A stretch of DNA of 64,000 nucleotides, filler included, from Gonapodya sp. JEL0774 (lineage: Eukaryota), in the NCBI GenBank assembly GCA_027604505.1. It is 3 parts of 3 records of this genome, joined end to end, with 100 filler letters (N's around TTAATTAATTAA, not from the genome) between each part and the next. Parts side by side here need not be neighbours in the genome. Positions count along the whole stretch, not along the records: positions 54,423 to 64,000 come from JADIIX010000409.1; 2 more parts are not named here. The stretch is one strand, 5' to 3'. The translations under genes and the position numbers were made by a program. The stretch's first letter is position 1. Each line of letters begins with the position of its first letter. The notes beneath the pieces were generated by a model. That model searched no databases. It saw only the letters and a list, made by a program, of their open reading frames with translations, and was not told where the DNA came from. Below are positions 55,831 to 64,000 of this stretch, in pieces.

Positions 55831-57875
55831 GTGACGGTTGGGTAGACGACCTCGCATCATGATGCTAAGGACCGGGCAGTTCGCACGAGAGGACACCGCT
55901 GCGATATGCCTGGTCGTTCTTTTTTTTTAATGTTAATTGGTTTTTGTGATTCGAGTGTCCTTCTCTTACCCCTCTTATCTTCCTCTGCGTTTCCCCCGCA
56001 GCCATGTCCGCCTACCCCTTTGGCTCAAAACCCCCGTCCCCACCGGATCCAACTTCCACCGCCTCAAAAATGACTTGCGTGGGCTCGGCCTTGCCACAGT
56101 ATGCGAAGAGGCCAAATGTCCCAATATTGGAGAGTGCTGGGGTGGCAAGGAGGGCACCGCGACAGCGACCATAATGGTGAGTTTGGTGGATGGTGAATGG
56201 TGAATGGTGGAGGCAACGAGAAAGAGCGTTGTGGAGTGCCGAGGAGAGCACGTGTCTCAAGGTGAAGCGATTTACTGACAGGGGGAGTGGGAGTGAGAGC
56301 GTTACCGAGAGCCTGGAGAGCACGTATTTTGAGGCGAAGCAAGATAGTGACACGGAGAGAGGGCGAGAGAGCGTTCTAGAGAGCCAATCGAGCACCTGTC
56401 TTGAGGCGATGCGAGATGCTGCAGGAGCGGGGAGCGACAGACCAGAGGGACTCATGACACAACTGAAAGCGAGCGGATATCCAGTCAACACTGAACATCG
56501 AAGCAATTCTCCACACTCCCTTACCCTCTTCTCTCCCGCTCCCCAACCCCCTCACCCCGGACGCCGTTCCACCCCACCACCCCCAGCTCATGGGCGACAC
56601 CTGCACCCGCGGTTGCCGCTTCTGCAGCGTCAAGACCTCCCGTGCACCCGCCCCGCTCGATCCCAACGAACCGGCTCGCACGGCAGAGGCCGTGAGCAGG
56701 TGGGGAGTGGACTATATCGTGCTCACCAGTGTGGATAGGGACGATGTGGAGGATTTCGGGGCGGAACATTTTGCGAGGACGGTGGAATTGATTAAGGAGA
56801 GGTGAGATGGGGTGAGCGAGGGAGAGGACGAGGTGATTTGCGTGAGCGTTGGCGAGTGCTACCATCGAGCTCCGACTCGATGGCCTAAAATTGAGATCGA
56901 GCTGTAGGCGAGATGGGGGGCGCTGGACGGTGAAATGATATGGGACGGATGGTACTTGGTAGGGATATGGGTATAGGGGGTCCGCCGAGCCGCAGGCAGA
57001 TTGGGGCGGGAAGGCAATATGGGATGAGAGGTGGTCCTTGATCAGATTTTGTGGCTTATAGCTTGTGGGTTTGTGGGACTCTGTGGACGTGCGTGCAGTG
57101 GGAGTGGAGATGTGTGGTGATTGGGGGTCGGGGCTCAAGCCTAGGGTTCTGCGTGACAATGATCTGACCACGTTTCGTATCCCTCAACCCCATCACCCAC
57201 CCCCTTTCCCCCCGCCTAGATCGCCCAACCTCCTCGTCGAATGCCTCGTCGGCGACATGCGTGGCCACCCCCCGCTCATCCACCGCGTCGCTACGTCCGG
57301 CCTCGACGTGTTCGCCCACAATCTCGAAACCGTCCCCCGTCTCACCCCCCACGTCCGCGACCGGCGCGCCACATTTCCTCAGTCGCTCTCGGTCCTCAGA
57401 GAGGCCAAGGAGGCCACCGGGGGACAGGTGGCGACCAAGACGAGCTTGATGTTGGGACTGGGGGAGACGGACGAGGAGGTGGAGGAGGCCATGTGGGAGG
57501 CGAGGAGGGTGGGCGTGGATGTGGTAACGTTGGGGCAGTATATGAGGCCGACGACGAAACACATGAAGGTGGGTGACGGCGACTCAAACGGTGGCATATT
57601 CAATGCCACCTCTTGTTCCAACCACCCACCACCACCATTATACCACGTTCCCTCCCTCTCCCGCTCCGCACTCTCGCCATCCACAGGTCCACGAATACAT
57701 CCCTCCCTCCAAATTCGACCACTGGGCCAGAGTCGGCAAGGACAAGATGGGCTTCAGCTTCGTCGCTGCGGGGCCTTTGGTCAGATCGTCGTACAAGGCT
57801 GCGGAAGTGTATTTGCACAACGTGGTCAAGGAAAGGAGGGCGGGGAGGGAGGGGGGTGTTAGAGTGGTAGTGTGA
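55327..57875 (+). CDS. LIP5: Mitochondrial lipoyl synthase (radical SAM), about 5 exons
   Basis: GPDLDHFV N-terminal motif, [59 protein letters not shown]. Confidence 0.96.
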
Positions 57876-58699
57876 GTGGGGTGGAGTGGGGTGGGGACGC
57901 GGTCTTCTGTATAGGCTGCATGCTCTCACGAATAGATCCAGATTAGATGAAAACTTTGATTGATTCGTTTTGTTCGAGTGTACTATTGGGAGATATGATT
58001 GGAGACTGAAATCGTAGTTCATACACCCTCTCTTGGGTGTGGAGGGCAAGGGCACAATATGTAATCACTTGTGGGATTGCATTCTTAACATACATGGCAG
58101 GAAACAAAACTAATTTACATGTTACTGGGCCCGTCTCTTGGCCGTCTCGTTCCACACGGCGTGAGGAACAGCACGTTCCTAGAGCACACCACGAAGAGGT
58201 GGACAAGCAGTCGCGCTCCACGTGGACGACGTGTTCTCCCATGCCACGCCGGAGTCCCCGGTGACGCCGCAACACTCCTCCCAATCAAGCCTGGTTGTCT
58301 GGATAACAAGAGAGCGATGCGCGTTAGTCCGTTCAGGACACGTACCCGCCCCCTCAATGACCAATCCCTCGCTTCCTCGCTTCCCCAGCGACCTCAGGTC
58401 CTCCGGCGGCCAGATTCCACCTTCCTCCCAAGCGCCTGCCCCAAGTTGCGGCCCTGTCCTCCTCCCCGTCGTCACGCCAGTTCGGGGGCCGCGGTCTTAA
58501 CGGCAGAGTTGAGCTCTGTCGCGGTAGCGGCACATTGCCAAACATCCGCGGGTAGCCTAATCAAAACGGAGTTCGGAGGTTCGGGCCAGGGTGTCCGGGC
58601 GGTTTGGTTTTTGGAGTTTGCGAACAACAGAACGGCGTTCTTGTAGCATTGTGCAGGGGCCCGTTCCCACATTTCATTGCACCAGGAAAGTTTCTGGAC

Positions 58700-61600
58700 T
58701 TCTCACAAATTCAACGGTGATACACCAAAAGATTCTCGCCCTATCATTCTGTCTCAAAATTTCCTTTTGATGCAGCTCCAAGTCGCTTCCGCCGTGTGGA
58801 CTTTCCAAATAAACGTTGCAAATCAGCGGCGAATTCAACGCTTGATACTCCGTACTTAATATTCTCAGTAAGTTTCGAACCAGAATGTCCGGGCTTTGGG
58901 AATGTTGGGGTGCCCGGCAAGTGGATGGTCGCACCGCCAAAACCGGCCAAGTATGCTTCCGCAATGGCGGTGACACATGGCACCCACCTTTATCTAACGA
59001 AAGCTAGAAACAGAGTATCCACATGAATTCACGATATCGATAGATCACATGCTTTCTTCAAGCAGCATTCGTCGGGTTTTCACGATCGGATCAGTCTGGA
59101 CAGCGCTCATCGGGCTTGCTCTCATCCTCGATCAAGGTCCACTTTACGCTGCCGCAATATTGGTATCGGACTTGAAAGAAGGAGAAAAATTTGTGTGTCT
59201 TTTGCCGGAACGCTTTGAAGTGGATATACTCCCAGGCTCGGATGGTGTGTGGTGTGGTAGGTAATTAAGTTGTAGAATCCGCCGAGAGAAGTCCGCTTTC
59301 ATGTGATGCTGTTGACGTGGATTTATCGATTTCAGTCGAGAAGTGCCCAAGTGGATACCAACGTTCCTTCCAGAACTTTCTGGTTGGTAGGGATCCCATT
59401 TGTAGGTATTAGCTTGAGATTCACTGAAAGCTGGGCGTGTTGTGGAATGGTATATTGAGCCATTTGCCAGTCGTCTGCCAGCAAAAATGCCAAACAGGAT
59501 GGCGTGATGATTCATTTGCCTGTTGGCTTGACCTCCATGTTTACTGGAAAAGCTGGTGAGTCCGTATTCTTGCGTTGTAGGCTGCTCCTTCAAACCTCAC
59601 GCACTGTTCCCTCTTACATAAAGCTGTTGCATTCGGACCATTTGGTCAACAGTGAGTGCAATCGCCTCACCAGATGTCGGACCGCCAATACGAAAATGAC
59701 GTCGTCCATATTGTTTTTTCGATATCCGGTACTCCCACACCCCCACCTACCGGTCACATACGCACAACGGCACTGTCTCTTCGAACGCTGAATCAACATC
59801 GCAATAGACGTGTTGTGGTAATTGCTCACCGGGGTACAACGACGACGGTTGCACCTGTCGGCGTGCACCAGTAAGGATTGAAAAGGCCCAGACATCGGTC
59901 CAGAGCCTTCGACCACGTATCTGCTCAACGCTTACCGGGAAATTGGTCTGTCGTGATGTGTGATGAACGATCAGCATGGTGTAATGCAAACCACTGTTGG
60001 AACTATATATGTATCGTGGTGCACATAATTTAATTTACTATACAACAAAGTCCGTGTTTGATAAAATTTGCGTGAGTTCATACCTTGTGTTCACATCTCG
60101 CAAAGAACGTTGAGCAATCTCGATACTCCGAATAAACTCCGCAGCATACCCAACACCGACGCTGACATCTAGGAAGTGCTTCCATAACAGATTGGTGCTT
60201 AATCCTAGTTGCCACGTATTGTGAAGAGATTAACTGTTTGCGTCCCAAAATTAGAGACCAGCTCAGTCCGGAAGGCACGGGAGGAAACAACCCGGACTCT
60301 CCGTTTTGTTTTGTTTTCGTTTCCTACTGACTTTACCCTTCTTCGCCACTCGCATGTTCACCTGTTTGATGAGTTTTGTGTCCCTCCGGTGAGCTACCTA
60401 CCTGCCGCCCACTCCCCATTCTGTTGCTCTAACATGCGGTCCCCTGTCCTTTATTAACCTCTCTTTGCTTCTCTTGCCTCCTACCGTTCGGACCTTTTCT
60501 TGTTCTTTCCGGGGACTTCTTGTTAAGGTGAGTAAATCATCCCTCACCGTTCTCCCATCACACATGTCTGGGCGGCGCAATGATCAGGACACATATTCTA
60601 TCGACGAACTGGACTATTAAAATTACATCTGATACTCAACATGCGCTACATTCGCCGTAATATACATGAAGAGCACAAGACCCCACCCGATCAACACTTC
60701 GATCGCAAGCCCCCATGCACGCTCAATAGCATCAACTCTGTTGGCTTGCTGGTTACCAACTAAAGAAGCACCGGACTTCTCAACCGGGATTGCTGGCTTG
60801 GCCGTAGATAGGCCCTGCACAGATTCACAAAAGTTTGCGGTGCAGGCATCAGGCATCATCCCTGGTGCGATCCTTCCACGTTTTGCTGTCGCACACACTG
60901 CACTCGCTCAAATTAGGCTCGTAAGAGGGGCATTTCCGCCCCTCATGTATTCCAAAGGCCGAGCTGGCCAGATAATAGAAACAAGGCTAGGACTAATAAA
61001 CTATGTTATACTATATGAGGCCAACGCAATCACCCAACAAGGTCCAAAGGGGAAGTCCTGATGGGATTATGCCAACGGGAAGGGGGGTTTAAACATAAAA
61101 TAAAACCAACTTTACTGGATTCCCGAAGAGTCCTGCTTCACTTCCTGTTTGATCCCCTCTGCATGACCACGTCAGTGTCCTTGGGGTTCTCCTCTACTCC
61201 TAGCGTAACCAGGTTCGCCTCCAGCGTATCCAGACGGAGAACTAGCTTGTGCAGTACGTTGTTCAGGGCGTCCTGCTTGGTGGTGAGGTTGGGGAGGGTG
61301 ACAGCGATAGGGTCGACTGAGGAGGCGATGGTGCTGATGTGGTGCTCCAGATTCACAAGCTGACCTCCCATGTTTGTAGCCTGGTGAGATTGGTCAGTGA
61401 TTAGGTTGGAGAGAATGTTGGTGATTGCGGATTCGGAAGAGGAGCCACTGTTGCGAGGGGCATGGTCACCATCGGTGCGGGGACGTTTGTGAGGGGATTG
61501 GATGTGGCTGGCAACGTTGGTACCAGTGCTGGAGGATGCCCTGGCGCTGTCGTCAGATTGTTTGAGGTGGTTGACGAACTGCTCGCCGATTGCCGTGATC

Positions 61601-62100
61601 TGGTCTGGTGTCAGCGACGATGGGTCTAGGTGGCTGTAACTGCAGCTGGGGAAGCGGTTGCATTTCTTCCCAGTGATGAGAGAGAGAGCGCCTTGGGCAT
61701 GGGTGGGATGGTTGATGCCATGTGGGAGGGAGTTGGGGAGCTTGGCCAAAGCCGGGGGCCTGTTCACCGACACCTGATCGATCAAGCCGGCAAGCACGTG
61801 AACATTGAGAAGTAAGGTGGGCCGGAACGAGGTCATGCTGCACCCACCTTTTATCTCTGCAGAGATGTTGTTCTCGTTCATATTCCACAGTCGTTCGCAC
61901 CAGAGCCGGCATGGTGGTCAGGAGCAGTGGATCGCATTGTGCGGCAGGGATCACACCCTCAGTGCAATTCTGGCTCGAGGACCAACCGTGGGTTAAGTGC
62001 CTACCATACAAACGCTCGAAGCGCATGGTGCCATACTCACAAAGAGGGTTGGGTGGGCAGGATTTTCTGCAGACTGTGTGGGGACAGTCGCGAGTGCAGA
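58700..62100 (-). mobile_element. Degenerate non-LTR (LINE-like) retrotransposon relic
   Basis: Broken minus-strand pieces MKADFSRRILQLNYLP, RCPD*SDRENPT and ATFIWKVH resemble the C-terminal zinc-finger region of LINE ORF2. ORF 61138-61881 has a Cys/His motif and coiled coil, like an ORF1. No intact RT core seen. Confidence 0.45.
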
Positions 62101-62587
62101 CCGAGGGAGTTGGGATGCGGTGCATTCCCATCCACCTTCATGTAGCAGTTCCTGCTTGGATATACATACTTGGATACAGTAAAATGTATATTCAATTGGA
62201 TATGCTATATCCGCAGAGGTCTGGCTTTGCCATTGTTTATGTCTGCCGGCAAAGTTGTTGACCACTGCGTGGCAAACCAACTTTCTCCTTAGGACACCGC
62301 AATGCAAGAAGGCCCCACAAATGACTTTTCATGGCGATTTGACCCAGAGGTGCGAATGTGTCCTTAAAACGCCTACACCATCTGTTTCTCGTTGTCGTTG
62401 TGCTGTGGCTGACGCCATTCTTCACCTTCCCCTGCACACCATTCTCCACCTGTCGCTTTGGTAGGGCCATATAGGTAACAGTGGAAACTTTGCTTCGTTC
62501 CTGAATGAGCTCCAGCCATTGACACAGGGCCTGGTGTGGCAGAGATGCGGGAGTCTTCACCAGGGTCCGGCTCAAACCCACACTTAG

Positions 62588-64000
62588 AGAAAATTGAATC
62601 ACAAAACAGGCAGTTAAGAAAACAACAAAGCGGACCAGACAGATTGTAAACCGGTTTCGTCTCGTGTTAACTGCCAGAGGACTGCCCCAACAATCGACTG
62701 TCCCACCTCAACCACCAACGCACTTTTTCCTCCTGACCTCTGCACCAGTCAGCAACCGTGCAGGTTTCTTTTCAAGAAGCGTGACTTCGTCGTCTGCGAG
62801 GGAAGCGTCGTCTGGTTCGATTTGAGGTTGGTGATTGGAAACAAAGTGATCCAAGTCCGGACCTTGGGCGAGTTTGCGGGACAAGTCGAGGGCGCGTGAA
62901 AAGCGGGAAGCTGGCGCAGATGAGATGGGTGCATGTTGAGAGTGTTGCGAGTGCGCGGTCGATGCCGTCGATGCCGTCAGCGTCCCGGTTCGAGACAGGG
63001 ACGAAACCAGACGGGACTGGGAACACGACAGCGACAGCGAAAGCGACTGCGCGTACGCTCGACTCTTCCGTTCTGCCAGTTTTCTGTGCATTTCTGATTA
63101 TCGACTCTGCCTTGCTCTCGTTCTGGCAATCGTCGCCTGTCCAGCCAAGATAAGAGGGGACAGTCACACGGGACGGGCAAGGGTTCCCCGTTCAATCACT
63201 CCTCACTGCATCCGTTCCCATCGGAACTATTTCTTGAATAATGGATTTGCAAAATGAAAATGAATGCAAAAGATTATCTATTCGTTTGATGTACAATTCT
63301 ACTTTTGTTTCGATAGTGCACGATATCGACTGCTCTGGGTGGACAGCGAACGAGAAGGGGCTCCTCTCCTGGAAGTAGAGATTTCAGGAACGTACGATAC
63401 TTCATATAGCAAGAATTCGCTCAGAGAGAGGCCTATCCTACTCCTATACGTGGCTACGTTTCCACAGTGGGTACCACCCGGTGGACATGTCGGGTGGCGG
63501 TGGTTTGACAGTAGGGAAACAGAAATGAATGGAACTCTACCATGATGCGCTTTCCATTCGTCTTCTGCGTGTAGGAGCCCCCAAAGTCAACCCCTCCTCC
63601 GGGGTGGTTCTCAGAGTGACACCGAGCGTGTCTGAGCCTTGTAGTAACGGCCAACTGGCCCATTCTAGCAACGGTGTCAGTGTCCGTGCCGGCGATCGAG
63701 ACCATAAGAATCAAGAATTTCATGTGGTGGTTTACCGTATTCCAACCGTGGCGTGCTCTTGTCAGCTCTCCATTTTCTCACGTTGTAACCGGGATTGTAG
63801 GGTGTGCAAATTGTGTTGACAACCACCTCGGCCCCATCCGCCGATCAACACAGGGGACGCACCTGGGCACTAGAAGATGGTCCAGCAGCTGCGTCCCTTC
63901 ATTGATCGCCGCACGGGGAGAGTGGTCTGACAACGAGGCCAGCGTTACCTACTCAAGGAAGGGTACTGATCAACGCAGTTATAGCATTTCAAAACTTAGT
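62588..64000 (-). repeat. Right arm of the ~1.4-kb inverted repeat
   Basis: Reverse complement of 54423-55830. Confidence 0.97.
62708..63091 (-). pseudogene. Orphan duplicate of lipoyl synthase exon 1
   Basis: 127-aa ORF nearly identical to 55327-55710; homology ends inside intron 1 (62588) and no catalytic exons follow. Confidence 0.75.

Noticed and set aside
36800..57875. Functional clustering of malonyl-CoA synthetase-like and lipoyl synthase genes
   Set aside because: They lie on different contigs separated by an artificial linker.
54423..64000. Linear plasmid, Polinton or DNA transposon with terminal inverted repeats
   Set aside because: No DNA polymerase B, transposase or capsid ORF is present. 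The arms contain a host gene exon and are diverged internally.

Overview
This window is three unrelated contigs joined by two artificial 100-bp linkers (N-run/TTAATTAATTAA/N-run at 27165-27264 and 54323-54422). (1) 1-27164 is part of a fungal mitochondrial genome with all genes on the + strand. It carries cox1 (two paralogous group I introns with LAGLIDADG ORFs), cob, cox2, nad4L, nad4, nad1, nad2, rnl, an rns split into two scrambled halves, and five tRNAs (Q, Y, K, fMet, W). Three tRNAs need 5' editing, the initiator tRNA has C37 and most start codons follow a G. Together these point to a monoblepharid (chytrid-grade) fungus (inference). Most intergenic mtDNA is built from modular hairpin cassettes bounded by short inverted termini that covary within each copy; these cassettes also invade rnl and a cox1 intron and abut or overlap tRNA 5' ends. 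cox2 has an in-frame TGA at a conserved Trp. (2) 27265-54322 is an intron-rich nuclear contig with an inverted histone H2B copy at each end, each followed by a metazoan-type histone 3' stem-loop. Between them lie an EAF-like gene, an amino-acid permease, a 2OG-Fe(II) oxygenase, an acyl-CoA synthetase, a sterol desaturase/hydroxylase, RSPH14, an F-box protein with three helix-turn-helix-like repeats, an FAD oxidoreductase and a PAP2 phosphatase. (3) 54423-64000 is a nuclear contig with lipoyl synthase, a decayed LINE-like relic and a ~1.4-kb inverted duplication that includes lipoyl synthase exon 1. All calls are by eye with no database searches; nuclear exon boundaries are approximate.
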